Shown here piece by piece: positions 1 through 8,903 of a stretch of DNA of 41,837 nucleotides. The first letter of the stretch is position 1. Each line of letters begins with the position of its first letter. Source of the stretch: an uncultured Spirochaetales bacterium (GTDB taxonomy: Bacteria; Myxococcota_A; UBA9160; PR03); NCBI GenBank assembly GCA_964615045.1, contig CAZTOE010000005.1, positions 1 to 41,837 on the forward strand, given 5' to 3'. The position numbers and the translations under genes are program-made. Below the pieces are notes generated by a model. That model was given only the letters and a program-made list of their open reading frames with translations. It had not been told where the DNA came from and searched no databases.

Positions 1-261
1 CTCCCCGCGCGAGAGATACGAGGGGCTCGCCTCGCCGATAAAGGAGAGCCAAAGCGGCTCGGTATCGACATCGAACGAGAGCCCGACAGCGACGCGGGCG
101 CCACCCGGCCACTCGCTCGGGGTGAGGTCGGGCCCCGCCCGCACCGCGTCGACGCGCTGGCGGAGCGTCTCTTCGCTCCACTGCCAGGCCGGTTCGGCGT
201 CGGCTTTCGTGACCCCTGCGGACATCAGCAACACGACGCACGCCGCCGCCGCAGCCCGCAT
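1..261 (-). CDS. Polysaccharide deacetylase family protein (PuuE/HP0310-like), 5' part, runs off window edge
   Basis: Not in ORF track. Own translation from ATG at 261: MRAAAAACVVLLMSAG...WPGGARVAVGLSFDVDTE...SPSYLSRGE. It has a signal-peptide-like N-terminus and the WPxGARxAVxLSFDxD motif. ATG overlaps the upstream stop (TGATG). Confidence 0.75.
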   Translation of the reverse strand, partial: MRAAAAACVVLLMSAGVTKADAEPAWQWSEETLRQRVDAVRAGPDLTPSEWPGGARVAVGLSFDVDTEPLWLSFIGEASPSYLSRGE

Positions 262-1067
262 CAGTCGCGCACCGATCCGTAGACCGCGCGGATCGATTCG
301 CCGCTGTCGAAGCGATCCTGGATGCGTTTCATCTGGGCAATCGCGTCGGGTGTTCCCGCAACCGCCTGGAAGCCGCGCTGCTCGTTGTGCAGCGCAAAGG
401 TTTCGCCCACATCGTCGTTGTCGTTGAGAATCTGCTTGAGCGCCGCGAGGGCGGCCGGCGGCCGGTTGGCGATGCGCTGCGCCCAGGCGAGGGAGTACAC
501 CACGGCCTGCCCGTTCGGGACCACCCGATTGACGCCGCCCAGTTCGTAGATTCGCCGCGCGGGGACGGGAGCGCCGTCGAGCACCATCTCGGCGGTGACA
601 CAACGTCCGATGAGGCGCGCCAGTCGGCTCGTGCCTCCAATTCCCGTCGTCAGACCGATCATGATCTCGGGCTGACTGAACGTGGCCTGTTCTTCGGCGA
701 CGCGCAGGTCGCAGGCCCAGCCCAGCTCGCAGCCCCCGCCCGAGGTATCGCCGGAGACGGCGGCGATCGTCACGACCGGCTGGCGGCGCAGCTCGTCGAG
801 TGCTTGGAACCAGCCTTGGATGTCCCCCGCGGTGGGCTCACCGAGGAGCGTCTTGCGAAGGTCGGTGAGCCATGCGTGTTCGAGCCAGTGTCCTGGGACA
901 TCCGAAGCCAACACCGTGACGCGCGCCCCGCCTTCGCGAGCCGCGGTGAACGCCTTGGCGAGTGCTTCGATCCCCCGCCACGACACGTGGTTGTTGATCT
1001 CGGGGTCCCGAAAGGTCACCAGGGCGACGCCCTCGTGCGGGCGCTCGAGGGTGACGTGGAGGCTCAT
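261..1067 (-). CDS. Enoyl-CoA hydratase/isomerase family protein
   Basis: C-terminal part of the 597-aa ORF, starting MSLHVTLERPHEG. Crotonase motifs GGGCELGWACDLRVA and QPEIMIGL. Confidence 0.9.
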   Translation of the reverse strand: MSLHVTLERPHEGVALVTFRDPEINNHVSWRGIEALAKAFTAAREGGARVTVLASDVPGHWLEHAWLTDLRKTLLGEPTAGDIQGWFQALDELRRQPVVTIAAVSGDTSGGGCELGWACDLRVAEEQATFSQPEIMIGLTTGIGGTSRLARLIGRCVTAEMVLDGAPVPARRIYELGGVNRVVPNGQAVVYSLAWAQRIANRPPAALAALKQILNDNDDVGETFALHNEQRGFQAVAGTPDAIAQMKRIQDRFDSGESIRAVYGSVRD

Positions 1068-1075
1068 GCCGTCTC

Positions 1076-1762
1076 CTAGCGCTTTGGGGTGATCGGGGGC
1101 TCGCTCTCTGAGAGCTCTGCTGTCACCTCGTCGTCGCTCATCTGGTAGGCCGGATGGTTCGCCGGGAACGGGATGGGGCGGACGGCCGGGTCCACCGGCG
1201 GCTGCGCGACGTTGCCATTTTGGGACACGAACGCAGGCGGGTTTTTGTAGCGCTTGAGTTCCCGGGCATCGATCCCCGCGAGCTCCAACACCTCGGGATC
1301 GATCCACGCCTCGGGATCGATGGAGCCGCCCTCGGAAGTGGCGAACTCGAGCATCAAGCCCTCGGGGCCGGCGAAATAGATCGACTTGCAGAGACCGTGG
1401 TAGAGCGGTCCCACCACGGGATAGCCGTGCGAGCGCACGCGGTCGCGCATCGCCAGGAGCTCCTCTTCGCTGTCGATGTTGAAGGCGACGTGCTGCATCG
1501 TGCCCGGGGCCACATCGCCCGCGGTCCATCCGGCGTGAGAGACGCCGATCTGGCCGTCGATCTCCTGCATGCCGGGCGATTGGCAGAAGGCGATCGATGA
1601 GCTGTCGTTGAGCTTGAGAAAGCCGTGGAACGTCTTCTCCACCCCGTGCATCCAGTAGAGTGCGACGAGCTCGCACCCGCACACCTGCGTGAAGAATTCG
1701 ATCTGTTGCTTGATGTCGCGCGTGGCGATTGCGAGATGGTGGACGCCGTTGGGAAGGCCCAT
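1076..1762 (-). CDS. VOC/glyoxalase family protein
   Basis: GVHHLAIATRD, MQHVAF and SIYFAGPEGLMLEF motifs. GGAGGAGG SD upstream. Confidence 0.88.
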   Translation of the reverse strand: MGLPNGVHHLAIATRDIKQQIEFFTQVCGCELVALYWMHGVEKTFHGFLKLNDSSSIAFCQSPGMQEIDGQIGVSHAGWTAGDVAPGTMQHVAFNIDSEEELLAMRDRVRSHGYPVVGPLYHGLCKSIYFAGPEGLMLEFATSEGGSIDPEAWIDPEVLELAGIDARELKRYKNPPAFVSQNGNVAQPPVDPAVRPIPFPANHPAYQMSDDEVTAELSESEPPITPKR

Positions 1763-2063
1763 GAGATTCCTCCTCCGCGCGGGTGATTCGGCCCCAAGGG
1801 AGGCCGTCGGATTGGCCCGCTAGCCCAAGCATAACCCAGAGCGGACCCACGCTGGCCGCTGTGGGCGGGATTCGGCTTGGCCCCCGCCCGGACGAGCCGG
1901 ACCCGGGGCGCGCCGCGTTCCTCGGCTCGTTGCGCACCACCCGCGGCGGGGTTGCGGAGTCGCCGCGCGCGAGTTGCGGCCGGCGGCTGCGGGGTGGGAT
2001 CGGGGAGCGCCGCTCCCCGGATTCCGGCATCGCCTTTTTGGCTCCCGTGGTCACTCACTCGGT

Positions 2064-3371
2064 ATGGAATCCCAGCGCGAAGCACAGGTTCACGATCTCG
2101 ATCGCGTCCGCCGCAGCCGGGTGCGCCCCGTGATGGGGGTCCGGCGGGCCGAGACCCCGGCGCAGGCGGCTCCCGGCACCGCGCGGTCACCCCGCGTCTG
2201 GGCCGTAGGGGGCGGCAAGGGAGGCATCGGAAAAACCGTTGTCGCATCGAGCCTGGCGCTCGCCTTCGCGCGCCGGGGTCGTCGCTGCGCGCTGGTCGAC
2301 GCCGATCTGGGGGCGGCGAACCTCCATACCGTGTTCGGCGTCGAGAGACCCCGCTACACGCTCTCGCACTTTCTGAGTCGCGAGGTCGCCGAGCTCCGCC
2401 AGATCGCCTGGCCTACCGGGTTCTCGAATCTCTGGTTGCTCAGCGGGGCGCGTGCGCTTCCCGGCATGGCGAACCCGAATCACGCGCAAAAGCAGAAGCT
2501 CATTCGTCAGCTTCGCCGTCTTCCGGTCGACGACGTGGTGCTCGATTTGAGCGCCGGGAGCGCCTTTACCGCGCTCGACTTCTTCCTGGCCGCCGACCGC
2601 GGAATCCTCGTTGTGGTTCCGGAACCCACTGCGATCGAAAACGCCTACCACTTCCTTCAAGTGGCGTGCTTTCGCGCGCTGCGCAACGCGGCCGCCGAAC
2701 CGCGGGTGCGCAAAGCCATCGATCAGGTCCTCGCCACCCCGGCGCGCGCCGAAGATCGTCTTCCCGCCGCGCTGATCGAGGAGGTCCGCCGGATCGATCT
2801 CGAGGCGGGCGAGCAGCTCCGCCGCGAGTTGTTTCATTTCCGCCCCACCCTGGTGCTCAACAAGACGCGCCGCGGGAGCTCCCTCGCCTGGGAGATGAAA
2901 CGCAGTTGTAGGCGCTACCTGGGTGTCGACCTCGAGATCCTCGGGGAGATGCCCTGGGACGACGGTGTGCGAGTGGCGATCGAGCGCAAGCAACCGGTGC
3001 TCGAACTCTTCCCGCAAAACCCCTTCTCCGTCGAGTTCTCGCGCATGGTCGAGAAGCATCTGCATCAACCGGCGCCTCCGGAGAACACCGGTTCGCCGTT
3101 CATTCTCGCGCCGGGCCCGTTTCTGGCGTGGTGGCGCAAACACCGGGGCAAGAGTCGGGCCGAAGTCGCCTTCGACCTGGGCATCCGCGAAGGCATGCTG
3201 GCGGCGATCGAAGAAGAAAATTTCGGCGCGCTCCCCGACGAGATCTACCTCCGGGCCTGGCTTTCGCAGTACGCTCGGCTCCTCGAGCTCTGCGATGCGG
3301 AGGCCGTGGTGACGCGATACCTGGCGCGCTTGAAATCCCGGGGTTCGGACGTGCCGCCCAGTCCCGCCTAG
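2064..3371 (+). CDS. MinD/FlhG (FleN)-like P-loop ATPase fused to C-terminal HTH (RodZ/HTH_25-like)
   Basis: Deviant Walker A GGKGGIGKT, LVDADLGAANLH, and PEPTAIENAY. C-terminal ...LAAIEEENFGALPDEIYLRAWLSQYARLL. Start at ATG 2064 is uncertain. Confidence 0.82.
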   Translation: MESQREAQVHDLDRVRRSRVRPVMGVRRAETPAQAAPGTARSPRVWAVGGGKGGIGKTVVASSLALAFARRGRRCALVDADLGAANLHTVFGVERPRYTLSHFLSREVAELRQIAWPTGFSNLWLLSGARALPGMANPNHAQKQKLIRQLRRLPVDDVVLDLSAGSAFTALDFFLAADRGILVVVPEPTAIENAYHFLQVACFRALRNAAAEPRVRKAIDQVLATPARAEDRLPAALIEEVRRIDLEAGEQLRRELFHFRPTLVLNKTRRGSSLAWEMKRSCRRYLGVDLEILGEMPWDDGVRVAIERKQPVLELFPQNPFSVEFSRMVEKHLHQPAPPENTGSPFILAPGPFLAWWRKHRGKSRAEVAFDLGIREGMLAAIEEENFGALPDEIYLRAWLSQYARLLELCDAEAVVTRYLARLKSRGSDVPPSPA

Positions 3372-4228
3372 CGCTCCTTCGCCGCGCCGGCCCAGCTCCC
3401 GCGCCGCGCCAGGTCGACACCGGCCAGCACCGTGAGTGCGCCCAGCGCCTGGAGCGCACCGAGCGCTTCTCCGAAGAAGCGCCACGCCAACAGCGCCGCA
3501 ACGACCGGCTGCACGAGCAGCGCCACCGCGCCGAAGGATGCGGGCAGTTGAGCCAAGGCGTAGGCGATCAGTCCCTGGCCGGCGACCTGCGCGACGAGTG
3601 CGAGCGCGACAAGCGGTGCGAAGGCGGCGGCCGTCGCCGGGAGCCAGTCGCTCTCGGTGGCAACGGCCAGCGGCCCCAGGACGAGCGCCGCAGCGAACGT
3701 GGCAGCTGTCATGATGTAGGGCGTTGCCAGTCGTTGTCGGAGGCGGTTGACCGTCAACAGGTACGCCCCGTAGGCGATCGCCGTCGCCACTCCCAGCAGA
3801 TCGCCTCCGAGCCGGTCGCCGCCCGCCGCGGCGCTCGTGCGCAGGAGGGCAAAGGTGCCGGCCACCGCCAGGCCCAGACCGAGGTAGAAGCTGCGGCGAA
3901 AGCGCTCGCCCCACCCCAGGTAGGCGCCGAGGGCGACGAAAATCGGCGAGAGATTCGCGAGCAGCGTTGCGTGGGCCACACTGGTTCGCCAGATGGAGGC
4001 GTGCCACAGGGCCAGGTCTGCCGCAAAAAAGACGCCGGCCCAGGCGAGCCCTGGGCCGGCGTCTCCCGACGTCGGCCCACGGTGATCTCCCCGCCCCGCC
4101 GTCCGCCAGAGCAGCAGCGCCCAGCACGGAAGGGCCAGGGCCACGCGCCAGAAGGCAGTCGCGGTCGATCCGACCGGGCTCCAGCGAACCAGGATCGGCG
4201 CCCAGCCGATTGCCACCGCGCCCATCAA
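3368..4228 (-). CDS. DMT/EamA family transporter
   Basis: About 10 hydrophobic segments; TSVAHATLLANLSPIFV and LLVQPVVAALLAW motifs. True start may lie slightly upstream. Confidence 0.88.
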   Translation of the reverse strand: MMGAVAIGWAPILVRWSPVGSTATAFWRVALALPCWALLLWRTAGRGDHRGPTSGDAGPGLAWAGVFFAADLALWHASIWRTSVAHATLLANLSPIFVALGAYLGWGERFRRSFYLGLGLAVAGTFALLRTSAAAGGDRLGGDLLGVATAIAYGAYLLTVNRLRQRLATPYIMTAATFAAALVLGPLAVATESDWLPATAAAFAPLVALALVAQVAGQGLIAYALAQLPASFGAVALLVQPVVAALLAWRFFGEALGALQALGALTVLAGVDLARRGSWAGAAKER

Positions 4229-4264
4229 CAGTGCGATGAACGCTCGCCTCTCCGGGCGCGAGAT

Positions 4265-4570
4265 CTACTCCACCACGACGTGTTCTTCGGTGAGCAGGAT
4301 CACCAGATCACCGGAACCGCTCGTGGCGCTTTGCCGGGCGCGCTGTCCCTCCGGCTTGGAGAAGATCGCGTCCATCTCCTCCCGCGTCTTGAACCACACT
4401 TCGGCGACCCCGTCGTACTGCTGATCCGGCGTCGTGCAGAGATTGATGCGGTACTCGACGAGCCCCGGCCACTGCTTGACGCGTTCGGCGTGTTCTTCGA
4501 GCCACCACTTCTTGAAGGCCTCGAAGCCCATTCCGTCGGGTCGTTTGAGGATACCGATCACCTTGTACAT
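4265..4570 (-). CDS. EthD family protein
   Basis: MYKVIGILKRPDGM...WWLEEHA...YDGVAEVWF. AGGAG SD before ATG 4570. Confidence 0.85.
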   Translation of the reverse strand: MYKVIGILKRPDGMGFEAFKKWWLEEHAERVKQWPGLVEYRINLCTTPDQQYDGVAEVWFKTREEMDAIFSKPEGQRARQSATSGSGDLVILLTEEHVVVE

Positions 4571-4592
4571 CGGGGGTCTCCTAGCTGGGCGA

Positions 4593-5819
4593 TCATTGGC
4601 CCCGCCGCACTTCGCCAAAGGCCTCGTCGGTCCGTTCGAGAACGCTGCGGATGGCGTCCGCGTCGTGGGCAGCGCACAGGAACCAGTTGTGAAACGGATG
4701 GACATAGACGCCGCGTCGCACCGCGGCGGCACACCAGGCGCGGCCGTTGGTAAACCCGGGGTCGTCGTCAAACAGCACCATGGGCATCACCTCGGGACCG
4801 GTCTGACGGAGCTTGAAGCCGTGGCTCGCGGCTTGAGCCGCGAGGCCCTGCCGCAGCGCAGTTCCCGCTTCGCGCATACGCTCGAGTGCCTTTTCCCGGC
4901 GGAGCGTTTCGAGCGTGGCGAGTGCCGCGACCATCGGCACCGCGGAGAACCAGAACGAGCCCGTCGCAAACACGCGGGTTGCGGCTTCGCGCAGCGGCTC
5001 GCCTCCGAGCACCGCGGCGATGGGATGACCGTTGCCCAGCGCCTTGCTCCAGGCGCTCAGGTCGGGCGCCACGCCCAGCCCTTCCCAGCTTCCGCCGGGC
5101 GCGATGCGAAAGCCGGTGCGCACTTCATCGAGGATCAGCGCCGCGCCGCGCTCGTTGCAGAGGCGCCGCAACCCCCGGGCGAAGTCGGGATCTACGAGCT
5201 CCTGATCGACGAAGACATCGTGCTTGTGGGGGCAAACGATGATGCCGGCGAGATCGCCACCCGCTTGCGCCGCCGCCGCAGCCGCGCTCTCGAGGTCGTT
5301 GTAGACGAAGGGCAGGAGGTTTACGCGATCCTCGTCGGTGACCCCGCCCGGGATCGGCGTGCACCAGGGCGCGGCGCCGTGGTACGAGCCGTGGGCGGTC
5401 AGAATCTTGCGGCGGCCGGTCGCAGCGCGGGCGATGGTCAAACAGAGGGTGGTGGCGTCGGTCCCGTTCTTCTGGAACATCGCCCAGTCGGCGTGGTCGA
5501 CGGTGTCGACCAGGCGTTCGGCCAGTTCGACGAAGGCCGGCGAGGGACCGTTCAGGCAGTCGCCGGTAGTGGCCTGCTTGGCGGCCGCGGCTTCGACCGC
5601 CGGATGGCGGTGGCCCAGAACTACGGGGCCGAAGCTGCACATCAGGTCGAGGTACTCGTTGCCGTCGACGTCCCACACCCGGCAGCCCTCGGCCCGTTCG
5701 AAGAACTGCGGGAAGCCGGCGGGAAGCTGCATGGCGTTGAGGTGTCCGTACATCCCGCCCGGGACGACCCGCGCGGCGCGCGCGCGAAGGGCCGCGTCGC
5801 GCGCTAGCGCCCGCGTCAC
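4593..5819 (-). CDS. Class III PLP aminotransferase (glutamate-1-semialdehyde aminomutase-like)
   Basis: VWDVDGNEYLD, LILDEVRTGFR and PDLSAWSKALGNG (PLP Lys). GTG start overlaps the aldolase stop. Confidence 0.88.
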   Translation of the reverse strand: MTRALARDAALRARAARVVPGGMYGHLNAMQLPAGFPQFFERAEGCRVWDVDGNEYLDLMCSFGPVVLGHRHPAVEAAAAKQATTGDCLNGPSPAFVELAERLVDTVDHADWAMFQKNGTDATTLCLTIARAATGRRKILTAHGSYHGAAPWCTPIPGGVTDEDRVNLLPFVYNDLESAAAAAAQAGGDLAGIIVCPHKHDVFVDQELVDPDFARGLRRLCNERGAALILDEVRTGFRIAPGGSWEGLGVAPDLSAWSKALGNGHPIAAVLGGEPLREAATRVFATGSFWFSAVPMVAALATLETLRREKALERMREAGTALRQGLAAQAASHGFKLRQTGPEVMPMVLFDDDPGFTNGRAWCAAAVRRGVYVHPFHNWFLCAAHDADAIRSVLERTDEAFGEVRRGQ

Positions 5820-6466
5820 GATGAGATCTCCGAACGCGCGCTCTCGGGCTGTCCGTAGCTCTCGAAGCGTTCCACCACCTCGCGCAACTCCGCGGGTTCG
5901 AGCAGCGTTGGGCCCCCGATCGCGAGGGTTCCCCAGTAGGTGCGCGCCAACACCTCGACCTCCCGGGCGACGCGCAGCGCCGCGTCGAGCGAAGCTCCGC
6001 AAGCGATCTGACCGTGGTTGGCGAGGAGCGTCGCCCGCCGGCCCCGCAACCCCTGCACCGCCTCCCGGGCAAGGGCGTCGCTGCCATAGGTGGCGTAGCC
6101 GACGCAGGGGATCTCGTCCGCGGCGGCCACGGCGAGCATGTAGTGGAGCGCTGGGATGCCGCGCCGCGCGCACGCGAGGATCGTCGCGTAGGGGGAGTGG
6201 CAGTGGACCACGGCGCCGGCGTCGGCGAACTCGCGGTAGATCGCGGCGTGCATCGGCCACTCGCTAGACGGCGTTCGGGATCCGCGTTCGCGCCGGCCGT
6301 CGAGGCTCAGCAACACCAGGTCCTCGCGGGCGAGCGAGACCGGAGCGATGCCGCTCGGCGTGATCCACATCCCCGCGCGGTCGCGTACCGAGAGGTTGCC
6401 CGAGGTTCCGGGATTGAGCCCTTCCCGTTCGAGCGCGCGGGCCGCGTCGATCAGCGCATGGCTCAC
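5816..6466 (-). CDS. Class II aldolase/adducin family (L-fuculose-phosphate aldolase-like)
   Basis: GTSGNLS, ITPSG, PSSEWPMH, HCHSPY and LLANHG metal-binding motifs. Confidence 0.9.
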   Translation of the reverse strand: MSHALIDAARALEREGLNPGTSGNLSVRDRAGMWITPSGIAPVSLAREDLVLLSLDGRRERGSRTPSSEWPMHAAIYREFADAGAVVHCHSPYATILACARRGIPALHYMLAVAAADEIPCVGYATYGSDALAREAVQGLRGRRATLLANHGQIACGASLDAALRVAREVEVLARTYWGTLAIGGPTLLEPAELREVVERFESYGQPESARSEISS

Positions 6467-6467
6467 A

Positions 6468-7355
6468 CTACGCGTCTTTGACCAGGCGCCGATAGCTGTG
6501 CTTCTCGCCCGTGGTGCCGCGGTTGACGCCGACCATCACACCCGCCACGTCGGTTCCGGCCACGCGACCGAAAAGGCGGGGGCCGCCGGCCATCAGTCCG
6601 CCGTCGACGGTGATCGACTCGCCGGTCACAAACTCGGCTTCGTCGCTCGCGAGAAACAGCGCTGCGTTGGCGATGTCGCTGCCTTCGCCCGCCCGCGGGT
6701 ACGGCTGGAGCTCGAGCATGGTCTGCGTCGCCCGGTCTGGATCGCCCTGGTGCATGAGCGGCGTCAGGATCCCGCCCGGGCAGATCGCATTGACGCGAAT
6801 CCGGTGGGGTCCGAGCTCCACCGCCGTCGTCTGCGACAGATTCACCACCGCCGCCTTGGCGGCCGAGTAGGCTTGCGGTCCCGCCCCGCCGCAGAGTCCC
6901 GCCACCGACGCCGTGTTGATGATCGATCCACCGTCGCCCTGTGCGATCATCGTCCGCGCGCCGTGCTTGATGCCCAGAAAGACCCCTCGCGTCAGCACCG
7001 CAAAGGTGAAATCCCAGTGTTCGACTTCGATCTCCGTGATCGGGCCGAAGGCGCCGCCGAGTCCGGCGTTGTTGAACAGGACGTCGAGGCGGCCGAAGCG
7101 TTCCGTGGCCCGCCCGATCATGCGGGCGACGTCCTCCTCGGCCGCGACGTCGGTGCGCACGAAGTCGACCCGATCCCCGAGTCCATCGCGCGCCAGTGCG
7201 TCGACCAGCTCCTTGCCATTGGTCTCGTTCAGGTCGCCCACCACGACTCGCGCGCCCTCTTCGAGAAAGCGCAGCACGCTCGCCCGCCCCATTCCGCTGG
7301 CTCCGCCCGTGACGACGGCGACCTTTCCCGCGAGCCTTCCCGAGCCCTCTGCCAT
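6468..7355 (-). CDS. SDR family oxidoreductase
   Basis: TGGASGMG, NNAG and YSAAK catalytic motifs. Confidence 0.93.
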   Translation of the reverse strand: MAEGSGRLAGKVAVVTGGASGMGRASVLRFLEEGARVVVGDLNETNGKELVDALARDGLGDRVDFVRTDVAAEEDVARMIGRATERFGRLDVLFNNAGLGGAFGPITEIEVEHWDFTFAVLTRGVFLGIKHGARTMIAQGDGGSIINTASVAGLCGGAGPQAYSAAKAAVVNLSQTTAVELGPHRIRVNAICPGGILTPLMHQGDPDRATQTMLELQPYPRAGEGSDIANAALFLASDEAEFVTGESITVDGGLMAGGPRLFGRVAGTDVAGVMVGVNRGTTGEKHSYRRLVKDA

Positions 7356-7471
7356 TGCGGTTCCCTCCTCGCAGCGCCCCGCCGAGCGGGCCGCGAACGA
7401 CTCCCATCATACCCTGAAGCGGATGCCCCGCGCCGACGCCCTTCCCGCGCGACGCGAGCGGTGGGCGCCCG

Positions 7472-8083
7472 TCAGGCCAGGAGGCCCGCCTTCCGCAGAA
7501 GCCCCGCCACAGCGATCAGCGGAAGGCCGATGATGCCCGTGTAGTCGGAACCCTCGAGTTTCTCGAAAAGCGCGATCCCGGCATCCTCGATGCGATACGA
7601 CCCGGCGCAGTCGAGGGGCTGGTACCGGTCGACATAGCGCTGGGCGTCGCTTCGGCTGAAGGCGCGCATGGTGAGGCGCTGGCGGTCGACGGCCTCGAGC
7701 GGCTCGCCCGCGCCCGGGGGCGCGACCAAAACGCCGGTTACCAGCTCGTGGGTGCGCCCCGCGAGGCGCATCAGTTGCTCGACGGCGGCTTCCGCCGAGC
7801 CCGCTTTGCCGAGTACGAGTAGCCGGCCGGACGGCTCGGCGAGGACCCCGATCTGATCGGCGGCCAGGATCCACGCCGCGGGATGGGCAGGCCGAACGCT
7901 CTCCGCCTTGCCGCGGGCCAGCGCCAGGGTGATCGCCTCCGGGTTCTCTCCTGCCGCCGCCCGCTCGGCGAGATTTTCCTCGAAGGTCGGGGCGGCGGTC
8001 GCAAAGGGCAGGTCGAGGCGCGCCAGGAGCTCGGCCCGGTAACGGGAGGTCGAGGCCAGCACCAGCTGGGGAGCTTGGCTCAC
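7472..8083 (-). CDS. maf: Maf family nucleoside triphosphate pyrophosphatase (YceF-like signature)
   Basis: LVLASTSRYR, ADQ, LGK, CAGSYRIE and IIGLP motifs. Aromatic-Q-E signature rather than R-T-Q. Confidence 0.9.
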   Translation of the reverse strand: MSQAPQLVLASTSRYRAELLARLDLPFATAAPTFEENLAERAAAGENPEAITLALARGKAESVRPAHPAAWILAADQIGVLAEPSGRLLVLGKAGSAEAAVEQLMRLAGRTHELVTGVLVAPPGAGEPLEAVDRQRLTMRAFSRSDAQRYVDRYQPLDCAGSYRIEDAGIALFEKLEGSDYTGIIGLPLIAVAGLLRKAGLLA

Positions 8084-8856
8084 GCGAGGCCGAGAACGTC
8101 GAGCGCATTGCGCGTCGTGCGCGCGAAGACTTCGGCGGGCTCCAGACCCCAGAGGGTGGCGAGGGTCTCCGCCGTATGGCGCACCAGCGCGGGCTCGTTG
8201 CGCTCACCGCGGTGGGGCGTCGGCGCGAGGAAGGGGCTGTCGGTTTCGACGACCACGTCGTCCGGACCGAGTGCCCGCGCGGCCTCGCGAATCGGGTCAC
8301 AGCTCTTGTTCTTGAAGGTGATCTGTCCGGCGAAGCTCACCTTGAAACCCAAGGCCTTCCAGCCGAGGGCTTGCTCCACACCGTCGCTGAAGCAATGCGC
8401 GAAGCCCTTCCAACCGTCGGGACAGACCTGCCGGATCAGACGCTCGCAGATCGGGAAGGCATCGCGGCTGTGGATGCAGACGGGTCGGTCGAGGGCGCGG
8501 GCGAGTTCGAGTTGGCGCACGAAGGCCCGCTCCTGCACGGCGAGGGGCGCTTCGGCCTTGACGGTGTCGATTCCCATCTCCCCGACCAGAACCATTTCGG
8601 GTTCGCGGAGCAGGGCCTCGAGGTCGGCGAGCACGGCGTCGTCGAGGAGCGCAGCGTCGTAGGGATGCACGCCGACCGAAGCGTACACGCGTCCCGGGTA
8701 TCGCCGCGCCAACGCGAGGGCCTCGCGGCCTCCCGTGGGCAGCATCCCGATGCAGACCACGCGTTCGACGCCGGCGCCGCGCGCGCGCTCGAACATCGCG
8801 TCGCGGTCGGCGTCGTAGTTCTCAAAATTGACGTGGGCGTGGGTGTCGAAGAGCAT
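8080..8856 (-). CDS. tatD: TatD family hydrolase/DNase
   Basis: FDTHAH, GVHP, VGEMGID, IHSRDA and VETDSPFLAPTPHRGERNEP motifs. Alternative GTG start at 8877. Confidence 0.92.
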   Translation of the reverse strand: MLFDTHAHVNFENYDADRDAMFERARGAGVERVVCIGMLPTGGREALALARRYPGRVYASVGVHPYDAALLDDAVLADLEALLREPEMVLVGEMGIDTVKAEAPLAVQERAFVRQLELARALDRPVCIHSRDAFPICERLIRQVCPDGWKGFAHCFSDGVEQALGWKALGFKVSFAGQITFKNKSCDPIREAARALGPDDVVVETDSPFLAPTPHRGERNEPALVRHTAETLATLWGLEPAEVFARTTRNALDVLGLA

Positions 8857-8903
8857 CGTCTCGCTGTGAAGCCGCACCGGGAAGCGGTGCCAAGCTGAAG
8901 CGC

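Noticed and set aside
261-2054. Long N-terminal extensions in track ORFs (597-aa ECH, 555-aa aminotransferase, 686-aa GFA, 610-aa monooxygenase, 639-aa CoA-transferase, 651-aa AsnS) as fusions
   Set aside because: The extensions overlap other real genes in different frames. Internal starts with SDs or stop/start overlaps give normal family lengths.
1763-2063. Possible riboswitch or ncRNA in the 300-nt divergent intergenic region
   Set aside because: Only generic GC hairpins and no family motif I recognise. An Rfam covariance search would be needed to decide.
4593-5819. Calling this gene hemL
   Set aside because: The fold matches, but the N-terminal PGGMYGH differs from the PGGVNSPVR typical of HemL, and there is no tetrapyrrole gene context.
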